Part shown: one piece after another, positions 1-8,471 of the stretch
How positions within the stretch are numbered: the first letter of the stretch is position 1
How the letters are laid out: the number at the start of each line of letters is the position of its first letter
NCBI GenBank assembly: GCA_038046805.1
Contig: JBBSVO010000002.1
Coordinates: forward strand, 80,784-114,344
Source: Candidatus Micrarchaeota archaeon
GTDB lineage: Archaea > Micrarchaeota > Micrarchaeia > Anstonellales > Bilamarchaeaceae
Direction of reading: 5' to 3'
DNA length: 33,561 nucleotides
The notes under the pieces: generated by a model
What the model was told of the DNA's origin: nothing
The model's input: only the letters and a program-made list of their open reading frames with translations
Database searches by the model: none
Program-made: the position numbers and the translations under genes

Positions 1-945
1 GGAGTCGGATTGACCGGAAAGCCGCCCTGGGAAACAATCCTATTAAACGGAAACGTACTTGCTCCGGACGGGAAGAAAATGAGCAAGAGCCTTGGAAATA
101 TAATCTCCCCATCTGAACTTCAACGGGATTATCCAACTGATGCAATCCGCCAATGGGCCGCGCTGTCCGGCGCAATGGCAAAGGACAGGCCATTCAGCTA
201 TGAGGATATAAAATATGCGAAAAGTTTCTTAATAAAATTCTGGAATGCCGCGCGGTTCATAGAAGGTGCAACAAAGGATTACGCGAATGATGCGAACGGC
301 ACTAATGCCGATGGTAGCGGGGGAGCTGACGTGAATGCAATCATTCCGTTCGGTTCTCTTCATTCGATTGACAAGTGGATGTTCTCACGAATGAATCAGG
401 TTATCCGCGACTTTACGAGTGCGATGGAAAAATACGAATACCATACTGCAATGAGCGGTTTCCTGAATTTCTTCTGGCACGAAGTCTGCGATAATTATCT
501 GGAATATGTAAAGCACAGGATTTATGATATTTCCCCGGAAGGCGCCCAGGCAAAAAGGTCAGCGCAATTTGTCCTGCGTTATGTTCTCCTTAATTCCATA
601 AAACTGATTGCCCCTGTCCTTTCACATATCTCCGAAGAATTATATCACTCGTTTTTCAATGCAAATGAAAAAGAGAGCATCCATCTTTCAAAATGGCCAG
701 AACCAAAAGAGATCGATGAAGCGATAATAAAGCGCATGGAGCCGCTTCATCGGATAATAAGCGAGCTTCGCCAGTATAAGGCAAAGAACAAAATGGCCCA
801 GAACGCGCAAATTCCAAGTATAACCATTTCCCTCGAAGAAGGTCTTTCCCCTGACCTGCTGGATGAAATAAGAAAAATAGGAAAGGTCGGTTCAATTGAA
901 ACCAAACCTGCTGAAAAAGGAAAATTCTGCATTGAGTGCGGGTAA
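1..945 (+). CDS. valS: Valyl-tRNA synthetase, C-terminal part (5' truncated by window edge)
   Basis: Frame open from base 1; class I KMSKS motif (DGKKMSKSLGN), DAIRQWAA, FFWHEVCDNYLEYVK anticodon-binding helical domain; a separate IleRS is present elsewhere in the window. Confidence 0.88.
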   Translation, partial: GVGLTGKPPWETILLNGNVLAPDGKKMSKSLGNIISPSELQRDYPTDAIRQWAALSGAMAKDRPFSYEDIKYAKSFLIKFWNAARFIEGATKDYANDANGTNADGSGGADVNAIIPFGSLHSIDKWMFSRMNQVIRDFTSAMEKYEYHTAMSGFLNFFWHEVCDNYLEYVKHRIYDISPEGAQAKRSAQFVLRYVLLNSIKLIAPVLSHISEELYHSFFNANEKESIHLSKWPEPKEIDEAIIKRMEPLHRIISELRQYKAKNKMAQNAQIPSITISLEEGLSPDLLDEIRKIGKVGSIETKPAEKGKFCIECG

Positions 946-959
946 TCAATCGCGTCTTT

Positions 960-1208
960 CTAATAACGCCTTTCTCCAAATTCTCTGAACTGGGGTCTTA
1001 GTAATTTATCAACCGCTGACCTATAGGATTTGTATTCGCTCCTGGTCTTCATGTTGCTCCAACATCCTTTGCAAATGCTAATCGAAGTAGTCTTTGCAAC
1101 CTTCTTGGCGTTTTTAATGCAGCTTACACACATTTTCTTTTTGCAGTATTTGCATGTGCTGAGTTTTACTGTCTGCTTTCCGCATCGTTCGCATGTTTCA
1201 ATTGCCAT
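960..1208 (-). CDS. Small basic Cys-rich (4x CxxC) zinc-finger protein
   Basis: CERC, CKYC, CVSC, CKGC; GGTGA ribosome-binding site upstream of the ATG on the minus strand. Confidence 0.75.
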   Translation of the reverse strand: MAIETCERCGKQTVKLSTCKYCKKKMCVSCIKNAKKVAKTTSISICKGCWSNMKTRSEYKSYRSAVDKLLRPQFREFGERRY

Positions 1209-1332
1209 AAATATTCACCATTTAAATTCGTTCAACTGTCTCCTTCACGTGGATTGCCATCAGTGAAGGTAAAAGTATGTTTTATTTGTTTTAGATGGGG
1301 GCTTTTTTAAGGTTTTGGGTTTCATTCGCCGC

Positions 1333-1398
1333 CTATTCAGAACCAAATAAGTAATACCGATTCTGAATATTGGTATCTACCTCGATGGTTCTGAATAG
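1333..1398. other. Long imperfect inverted repeat (intergenic hairpin)
   Basis: CTATTCAGAACCA (1333-1345) and TGGTTCTGAATAG (1386-1398) form perfect 13-bp arms, with an inner ATACCGA/TTGGTAT stem. Confidence 0.6.
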
Positions 1399-1466
1399 AT
1401 CGATCCATCCTGAAATGCGTTAGCATTTTGGGAGCTGGTGAATTGATTCAATTCACTGGAACTTTT

Positions 1467-2888
1467 TTAGTTGGATCGGGATATTTCCATCCCGTTTCTT
1501 CCCTTTTTCATTGCCTGCGCTGTAAGTCTTTTTGCATTTTTCTTTTCGTATTCAAGCGCTTTTTTTATCTCTTCTGGATTAGAATATCCCCATATCTTCA
1601 ATGCCTGAGCCAATTCGGGATGCGTCTTCGCGTATTTCGGTGAAGGAATCTCTTTCATTATTGCATCTATCGCCTGTCTCATGGATATCGCGCCTTTTAG
1701 TGTTCCTCCTGGATGGCCATGCACCCCTGCGCCTGCCTGCATATTTGTATTTAATCCATGCAGGGCTACAAGTGCATCTATCTTTCCAGCATCAATCCCT
1801 CCAGATGCAATGCTTAGCATTGGTTTGATATGCTGGGCGAATTCCATTTCAAGAGAGCCAAAGTAAAATTTTTCAGCAACCGCGCGTTGTTCTGCGATGT
1901 CGTGCAGTCGTTTTATTACGAGCGGAGAACCCTCCATCTTTCCAACTCCGGTTCCTATGTGCATCTGGTCTATTCCGAGCAGGCGGTAAAATTTCTCATA
2001 AATCTGGAAATTCACTCCATAACTTCCGCGGTTTGCCGCGGCGAATCCGGCCCTGTGTCCGTGCGTTGCAAATCCATATCTTTTGGTCATTTCAAGAATG
2101 TCCTGGAGTGCTGCCATTCCCATCACATATACATCAAGCATTACGATTATGTGTTTCTGGAGTTTTAGGCTGTTAAGATAATCAAGTCGTTTGACCATCC
2201 TGCTGTATCTGTCGGTTATGTTGCAGGAATAAAGATGATTTTGGCCGGTTTCTCCACCCACAGTATCTATTGCTTTGACTACCTCATGCAGCCGTTCTTC
2301 CCACCCACAGAATTTCTGGTCAACCAGGTTTTCGTCGTCCTTTACGAGGTCCAGACCTCCAGAATATGCTTCATATGCAACATGTGCCCATTCTTTTGGG
2401 GTAAGTCCGACCTTTGGCTTTACAATCGTTCCAACATGCGGGCGTCGCGTTTTTTCGGTTCCAACAAGTTTTCGAATACCTTCTATTCCATGTAACGGCC
2501 CTCCAAACTGCTGTTGGTAATCCTTCGGGAATGATATGTCGAATACGTAAAGTTCCTCCAGCTCTTTCAGCCCGAAAATATTTCCCAGAACTGAAGCCTG
2601 GAATTGCATTATATTTTTAGTGTCAAAATGCTCAATCGGATAAGCGACTTTTATGAATCCACTGTTTTTTCCTACCTTTCCAATCCAAAAAACCCGTGCG
2701 CGATAATGTGTCCAGACATTTTCATTCATTGTTGCCAATTTCGTCCATGAGCCAACGCTTGATTCTGCGGCTATTGCCTCGGCGATCTTTTCTATCGGTA
2801 CGCTTCCCTTTGCCCAAAAAAGAACTACAAAATCATCCTTACTGGGAGAATATTTGAAATCCAGATAACTATAACCTCCATAAGCCAT
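1467..2888 (-). CDS. rbcL: Ribulose-1,5-bisphosphate carboxylase large subunit, form III-type
   Basis: AAESSVGSW, GNIFG, GTIVKPKVGL, GGLDLVKDDENL, HGHRA, QMHIGTGVGKMEG, ASGG, QAGAGVHGHPGG; ATG at 2888 follows GGTGA. Confidence 0.93.
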   Translation of the reverse strand: MAYGGYSYLDFKYSPSKDDFVVLFWAKGSVPIEKIAEAIAAESSVGSWTKLATMNENVWTHYRARVFWIGKVGKNSGFIKVAYPIEHFDTKNIMQFQASVLGNIFGLKELEELYVFDISFPKDYQQQFGGPLHGIEGIRKLVGTEKTRRPHVGTIVKPKVGLTPKEWAHVAYEAYSGGLDLVKDDENLVDQKFCGWEERLHEVVKAIDTVGGETGQNHLYSCNITDRYSRMVKRLDYLNSLKLQKHIIVMLDVYVMGMAALQDILEMTKRYGFATHGHRAGFAAANRGSYGVNFQIYEKFYRLLGIDQMHIGTGVGKMEGSPLVIKRLHDIAEQRAVAEKFYFGSLEMEFAQHIKPMLSIASGGIDAGKIDALVALHGLNTNMQAGAGVHGHPGGTLKGAISMRQAIDAIMKEIPSPKYAKTHPELAQALKIWGYSNPEEIKKALEYEKKNAKRLTAQAMKKGRNGMEISRSN

Positions 2889-2898
2889 GTTCATCACC

Positions 2899-2947
2899 GT
2901 TTCGCGTTTAGCATTTAGCGTTCCGCGTTTTGTTTGTTCCGCGTCTT
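2899..2947. repeat. Degenerate heptamer tandem repeat
   Basis: GTTTCGC GTTTAGC ATTTAGC GTTCCGC GTTTTGT. Confidence 0.65.
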
Positions 2948-2999
2948 ACCCTCTCATACTTACTGCATGATTAAAAAGATTATCCGTTGTTAGTCTTTT

Positions 3000-3548
3000 A
3001 TGGGTTTTTTGAAATCTGAGAGCGGAAATTATTCGCGCGGCCAATCTGCTGTTGAATATGTAACAACTTATGGATGGGCACTTCTATTTCTGGTTCTTGT
3101 TATAGGCGCGCTTCTTGCAAGCGGCATCGCAGATCCATCTTATATAATCTCTGAAGGCTGTAACCTGGGACCAACAATGCAATGTAATTTTCAGGTTTAT
3201 TCTGCGGGAGATATTTCAACTGGCGGTACAACTGTCATAGCATTTAACGTCAGCAATGGCTTTGGATATAATGTGAGCATAAAAAGTTTCCGGGTTTCAC
3301 TTGAATCTGATGACGCGATTTTTGCAGAGCTTGCGGATTCACCAATTACTGTTCCTTCTGGAGAAAGTTTTTCCGACAAGGCTGAGTTAGGGTTTTCCGC
3401 TTCTCCTGGTTCTCTTCAAAAATTCAATGTTCATGTGGAATATGTTTCCTGTGCAAAGGAGATAAATCCGGAATGCAAGGTTGATGATGCGTTCAAGCAT
3501 ACGGTAACCGGAAAGATTGTCGGAAGAATTTTGAAAGGTTCGGAATAA
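3000..3548 (+). CDS. Archaeal class III signal peptide protein (type IV pilin-like)
   Basis: RG/QSAVEYVTTYGWALL followed by a hydrophobic helix; beta-rich C-terminal region with paired Cys. Confidence 0.82.
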   Translation: MGFLKSESGNYSRGQSAVEYVTTYGWALLFLVLVIGALLASGIADPSYIISEGCNLGPTMQCNFQVYSAGDISTGGTTVIAFNVSNGFGYNVSIKSFRVSLESDDAIFAELADSPITVPSGESFSDKAELGFSASPGSLQKFNVHVEYVSCAKEINPECKVDDAFKHTVTGKIVGRILKGSE

Positions 3549-3558
3549 TTTTAATCGG

Positions 3559-5022
3559 TCACATATTTTTCATCCTTTCCTTTACTCTCTCCACAATTTC
3601 CTTATCAACTTCCGCAGGCCCGGTCATTTTCCCGGTCGCAAGAACGTTAGCCAACTCCTCTTCGGTCATTAAGCCTTTTTGCAGAACAAGTTCGCGGAGC
3701 GGAACATTTGTTTTATACGCTTCGGTAACGAGTTTTGAAACAAGCGAGTAGCCGAGATACGGGTTTAACGCGGTCGCGTATACAAATGACGAGTTGAAAT
3801 TTCGTTTTATGTTCCCCCGGTCAAGTTGCGTTCCCTTTATGCATTTTTCCCGGAACATGTTCGTTGAGTTTGTGAGAAGTTCCAGCGATTGAAGCAGGTT
3901 GTGCCCGATCAATGGCGTCATCCAGTTTAATTCAAGCTGCCCGCTCTGCGCGCCAAGAGAAATCGCATGATCATTTCCAAGAACCTGAAAGCAGCACATA
4001 TTCACTGCTTCGGGAACAGAAGGATTTACCTTTCCAGGCATGATTGACGAGCCTGGTTCTATCTCCGGAATAATTACCTCGGCGATCGCAGTCTTTGGTC
4101 CGGATACCAGAATCCGCAAATCGTTTGCAATGCGGTTCAAAGTCACGGCATAAAGACGCAGCGCTCCAGACATATTAAGAAGCGGATTCATTGCATGCGT
4201 TGTTTCGATTGCGCTTTCAGCAGCACTTAATCCAAATTTCGTTTCTTCGTTTAGATAATGGATTATTCTTTCCTTAAATCCAGGATGGCAGGTAATTCCA
4301 GTGCCTACTGCGGTTCCGCCAATCCCAATCTTTCGCACTTCATCAAGAGATTTCTTTATTTCCGAAACATCCCGCCTTACCGCCACCGCGAATGCGTGGA
4401 ATACCTGTCCGTATGTTATCGGAACTGCGTCCTGGAGATGCGTTCTTCCGACCTTTACATCCCCTGCGAATTCCTCTGCCTTCCTGAGAAGCGCTTTTTC
4501 CAATCCCTCGGCCTCTTGAATCAGTGGCTGCACCATTTTTAGTGCGGCAAGTCTTATCGCTGTCGGGGTAACGTCATTTGAACTCTGCGACATGTTCACG
4601 TGATTGTTTGGATGCACCACGGAATAATCTCCCTTCCGCCCGCCCAAAATTTCAATCGCGCGGTTCGCTATCACTTCGTTCGTATTCATGTGAAGCGGGG
4701 TTCCGGCTCCTGCCTGAAACGCGTCAAGAATAAAACCTTCCCATAGCTTGGGGTTCTTTTCCTTTCCGGCAATCACTTCATCTGCTGCCTGAATTATGGC
4801 ATTTGCCAGTTTCGTGTCCAGCGTCCCGAGTTCGGAGTTCGCCGCCGCAGCAGCTTTTTTAATCAGTGCAACCGCGATTGTTATCTCAGGATGAACCAGC
4901 ACTCCGCTCAGTTTAAATGTTCCGGCTGCCCGCACTGCAAATCCGCCATAATACGCATCGGCCGGAACTTCAATCTTTCCGAGAAAATCCTCTTCGGTTC
5001 TTGTTTCGGTAGAATCGGTCAT
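3559..5022 (-). CDS. aspA: Aspartate ammonia-lyase / class II fumarate hydratase
   Basis: GSSIMPGKVNP signature, HPNNHVNMSQSSND, KVGRTHLQDAVP, GGTAVGTG, GQLELN (AspA-like); FumC activity cannot be excluded. Confidence 0.78.
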   Translation of the reverse strand: MTDSTETRTEEDFLGKIEVPADAYYGGFAVRAAGTFKLSGVLVHPEITIAVALIKKAAAAANSELGTLDTKLANAIIQAADEVIAGKEKNPKLWEGFILDAFQAGAGTPLHMNTNEVIANRAIEILGGRKGDYSVVHPNNHVNMSQSSNDVTPTAIRLAALKMVQPLIQEAEGLEKALLRKAEEFAGDVKVGRTHLQDAVPITYGQVFHAFAVAVRRDVSEIKKSLDEVRKIGIGGTAVGTGITCHPGFKERIIHYLNEETKFGLSAAESAIETTHAMNPLLNMSGALRLYAVTLNRIANDLRILVSGPKTAIAEVIIPEIEPGSSIMPGKVNPSVPEAVNMCCFQVLGNDHAISLGAQSGQLELNWMTPLIGHNLLQSLELLTNSTNMFREKCIKGTQLDRGNIKRNFNSSFVYATALNPYLGYSLVSKLVTEAYKTNVPLRELVLQKGLMTEEELANVLATGKMTGPAEVDKEIVERVKERMKNM

Positions 5023-5107
5023 AGAAATCGTTGGCTCAATAAAGGAAAGAAGAGAATAAAAAGTTTGGGTTCTGGTTTCACATTTCGGGTTTTGACAGTC
5101 CTAAAAA

Positions 5108-6094
5108 TTATTCTGGTTTGAGTCTGCCACTTAAAGGATTCAGCATTCTATCTTCTATTATCGATATGAACGTATGTTTCCCGATTATGTGCCCAAACAT
5201 TGTTCTTATTTCCCTGGTAAATTCGTGCAATTCCAGATTATTGCGGACAATCAAATCAACCTCAAGATCCCAGCTCCCGATTGTTTTATTCAGGTAAACA
5301 ACATTGTCATTTTCTATACAAAATTCAATGAACTCTTTCTCCAAATCCTTGGTTATATTCCTGAATCCAATCAGTATTTTATAATAGTCAAATCCAAGTT
5401 TCCGCGAATCAAACCATGCAGTATATCCAAGTATAAACTTCCGTTCAGCAAGCCGTTTTATCCGGTATTGGACCGCATCTGGGGTCAGGCCGACTTTTCC
5501 AGCAATCTCAACGGTTGTTGCCCGTGCGTTCTGATAAAGCACGGAAAGTATCTTCATGTCAGTCTTATCCACGCTTTCAACCTTGGTTATCCTTTCCATG
5601 GGCAGTTCGGGATGTCGTTCACTTTCAAATGCCTTGTTCCATGCAAGATAGGTCTGGTATGTCGTAGTAACCACTGTTTTTTCAACTATCTTGGTCCCGA
5701 ATTTCTGGAGAAGCGCTGACATCGCATCCTCGACTTCGAATTCGTCCCTTGCAACAATGCGCCATAGCACATCGTATTCTCCTTCACATATAACCCTCCA
5801 CAGTGTGCCTGGATATGAGTCCAGCAGCTTCACTACTTCACTCTCAGTTTTTTTATCGAACACATCCAATTTGAAATAAAGCCGGTACGCCCTGAAGCCG
5901 AGTTTCGCGAAATTTACGTCAGCAAAAAGAAGCGATATTATCCCGTTCTTTTCCAGCTCCCTCATCCTCCGCTCCACCGCGCTTCCGCTTAGTTTGAGCT
6001 TTTTACCTATTTGTGTAAAGCTCGCCCTGGAGTTGAGGTAGAGCATGGTGAGCAATTCCTTATCCTTCTTATCCAGGGGATGTCTTATTACCAT
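5108..6094 (-). CDS. Tandem-duplicated (two HTH + two RAM domain) Lrp/AsnC family regulator
   Basis: LDKKDKELLTMLYLNSRASFTQIGKKLKLS...VERRMRELEKNGII and VDKTDMKILSVLYQNARATTVEIAGKVGLT..AVQYRIKRL; GEYDVL / GSWDLEV effector-domain motifs. Confidence 0.88.
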   Translation of the reverse strand: MVIRHPLDKKDKELLTMLYLNSRASFTQIGKKLKLSGSAVERRMRELEKNGIISLLFADVNFAKLGFRAYRLYFKLDVFDKKTESEVVKLLDSYPGTLWRVICEGEYDVLWRIVARDEFEVEDAMSALLQKFGTKIVEKTVVTTTYQTYLAWNKAFESERHPELPMERITKVESVDKTDMKILSVLYQNARATTVEIAGKVGLTPDAVQYRIKRLAERKFILGYTAWFDSRKLGFDYYKILIGFRNITKDLEKEFIEFCIENDNVVYLNKTIGSWDLEVDLIVRNNLELHEFTREIRTMFGHIIGKHTFISIIEDRMLNPLSGRLKPE

Positions 6095-6197
6095 ATGCAA
6101 ATATTCCGATTATTATTTATATATTTTTCGGTTTTCTTGCGTTTTTCTTTAAAATCTAATAAATAGTCCGATTGATTAGTTATACTTGGTGATGTTT

Positions 6198-6890
6198 ATG
6201 GATGAAAAAGAACAAAATGAATTTTATAAGAAGATAGAGGCTTGCGATGTTATGGGCGTTATAGACATGCTTGTATATACTCCCGAACTGGCTAATGCAA
6301 GACTATCTTGTGACGGCAGAAGCCCGCTTATACACTCAGTAATGAATGCTATGACCTGGGCAAAAACCGAAAAAGGCAAGGCGCAAATTGGAATTATAAA
6401 TGTGCTTTTGAAAGCTGGAGCTGATCCAAATGCGCGTACTGGCGATGGTAGAAACGCATTAGGTTGGGCTGCAGGTTTAAGCAGTGAGACTGTTGAAGTG
6501 GACCAATACGACTGTGGCCGCGTAGTGCAAGTCATTATGGAACCCCGTACTCAAGACGTATTCAGGGAGATTGTCGCGTTATTGCTTACTGCTGGTACAG
6601 ATTCTGATGCCAAAGCATGCGATCGTTCTGACCATCAAACAAAAACAATGGTTGAATTTGCGCGACAAGACGGGCGTATACGTGATGAGAAGCTGATTAC
6701 TTATTTGCATGGGAACAGCCCACGTGCGATAATGTCCGGCCTAATAGAAAAACACAACCAATCCAAAACCACCGCACCAAACCCGCTTACAAAGGACGGA
6801 GAGTTCCAGACTGCACACGCACTCTCAAACAGGCCGGCACCATCAAAAATAGATTTGTCTAGGAATAGGGGTCCAAAGGTTAAATGTTAA
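6198..6890 (+). CDS. Ankyrin-repeat-containing protein
   Basis: DGRSPLIHSV, IINVLLKAGADPNARTGDGRNALGWAA, EIVALLLTAGTD. Confidence 0.78.
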   Translation: MDEKEQNEFYKKIEACDVMGVIDMLVYTPELANARLSCDGRSPLIHSVMNAMTWAKTEKGKAQIGIINVLLKAGADPNARTGDGRNALGWAAGLSSETVEVDQYDCGRVVQVIMEPRTQDVFREIVALLLTAGTDSDAKACDRSDHQTKTMVEFARQDGRIRDEKLITYLHGNSPRAIMSGLIEKHNQSKTTAPNPLTKDGEFQTAHALSNRPAPSKIDLSRNRGPKVKC

Positions 6891-6909
6891 ATCCACTGGG
6901 TGATTACTT

Positions 6910-7695
6910 ATGATTGGTGAACACATGGATAACTGGAACGAAGCCGGCTTGAACGAAGAATGGAAAAAGACCTGCAAGGTGCTGCTTGGGGAAGAAATAG
7001 GTGATATCACTCCATACCTCAGTTACCTTCAGAAGTTTGTCGAACCTGTTGGCCTAGCCAAATCTGCATTTAGCGGCGAAGAAATAGCAATAAGCGATAA
7101 ATATTCCGAGGGCTCGAAATTCATGGCAGGGGACGAACTCAATGCTTATGAGAAGGCGTTTTCAAATGAAAAGCTGGACATAAATCAGATTAAGGATATC
7201 GATTCTATAATCGGGGCGATAAAAGAACGGATTTATTACGCCGGAAGTGTGGCACTGGGAAATTCAACCAATGTTACGCTCTCAAACAGACTGATAGATT
7301 CATCATTTGTTTACAAATCACATGAGGTGTGCTACAGCAAATACGTTGCCTACGCCCATTTCACAAGATTTAGTGAGCGCGTTTTCGGCTCAACATTTGT
7401 CAGCAAAACAAAATTCTGCATAAAGAACTACGAGACATTTGAAGATACGCGCATTATGGAGACCGTGAGAACTTATCATTCATCTGATTGTTATTTTACA
7501 TCAAACTGCGAAAATTGCCAGAACTGTTTGTTCAGTTTTAATCTCAGGAATAAGAATAATTGCATCGGAAACCTGGAACTTCCTCCGGACAAGTTCAAAA
7601 CCTTAAAGGAAAAACTGATTGGGGATATAAGGCAGACTCTGGAATCCAAAAAGGATCTGAAATCGATAGTAGAACTAATCGGAGAGGTGAATTAA
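6910..7695 (+). CDS. Hypothetical protein with Cys/Ser-rich short repeats (probable beta-solenoid), paralog 1
   Basis: SSDCYFTSNCENCQNCLFSFNLRNKNNCIGN; paralogous to the next ORF. Confidence 0.72.
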   Translation: MIGEHMDNWNEAGLNEEWKKTCKVLLGEEIGDITPYLSYLQKFVEPVGLAKSAFSGEEIAISDKYSEGSKFMAGDELNAYEKAFSNEKLDINQIKDIDSIIGAIKERIYYAGSVALGNSTNVTLSNRLIDSSFVYKSHEVCYSKYVAYAHFTRFSERVFGSTFVSKTKFCIKNYETFEDTRIMETVRTYHSSDCYFTSNCENCQNCLFSFNLRNKNNCIGNLELPPDKFKTLKEKLIGDIRQTLESKKDLKSIVELIGEVN

Positions 7696-8454
7696 ATGCA
7701 AGAGATTGAAAAGTTATTTCAAACCACTGCGTTGCTGTTGTTTGGCAAAAAGCTCGAGGGCCTTGATTCTTTTGGGGATTGGCTAGGGAGCTGTTTTCCA
7801 TCCGGAATCAGGTTCATCAAATCCGTAAAAAGCAATAAGCAGGTATGCGTTCCTCCGGTTTATTTTTTCCAAATGATGGAGAACAATATGGTTACCCTGG
7901 ACGAGTCGCTTGAGCTCGGGAGCTTAAAATTGACAGAGGAACAGGTTGGTAACCTGACTCTGGAAAACGCATCTAATCTACTTTCAGGCATAAAAACAAC
8001 CACGTGCGAGATCGTTTACGGGCAGAATCTTGGTACAGAGCAATGCGCAGGCTATGGCCCGACTCAGCATTGTTACAGAAGCGTATTCAACTGGTTTGCA
8101 AAGCACAATGGGTATGCTTTCATGGCAAGAACCTCGGAAAGCGTATTCGGGTGTTCCAATATTCTGGACTGCCAGTTTAGCATGCGTTGCTTCAACTCTG
8201 CAAAGCTTGTCAGGTGTTTTGAGGTGGCTGATTCCAACAACTGCAAAGATTCGTACTTCTGCTACAACTGCGAAAATCTTGAAAACTGCCTGTTCTGCTT
8301 TAACACCAAGAGCAAACGTTATGCCATTGCCAATATAGAAGTAGGCAAGGAGAAATACCTAGAAATAAAAAAGAAAATCTGCGAGCAGGTTTTTGCCGAG
8401 CTAGAGCAAACTAAAAAATTAGATTACGGAATATTTAATTTGTGTCATCGGTGA
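7696..8454 (+). CDS. Hypothetical protein with Cys/Ser-rich short repeats, paralog 2
   Basis: NCKDSYFCYNCENLENCLFCFNTKSKRYAIAN; starts directly after the stop of paralog 1 (TAAATG) with GGAGAGGTGA upstream. Confidence 0.72.
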   Translation: MQEIEKLFQTTALLLFGKKLEGLDSFGDWLGSCFPSGIRFIKSVKSNKQVCVPPVYFFQMMENNMVTLDESLELGSLKLTEEQVGNLTLENASNLLSGIKTTTCEIVYGQNLGTEQCAGYGPTQHCYRSVFNWFAKHNGYAFMARTSESVFGCSNILDCQFSMRCFNSAKLVRCFEVADSNNCKDSYFCYNCENLENCLFCFNTKSKRYAIANIEVGKEKYLEIKKKICEQVFAELEQTKKLDYGIFNLCHR

Positions 8455-8471
8455 ATTTACTTTCTCTTTTT

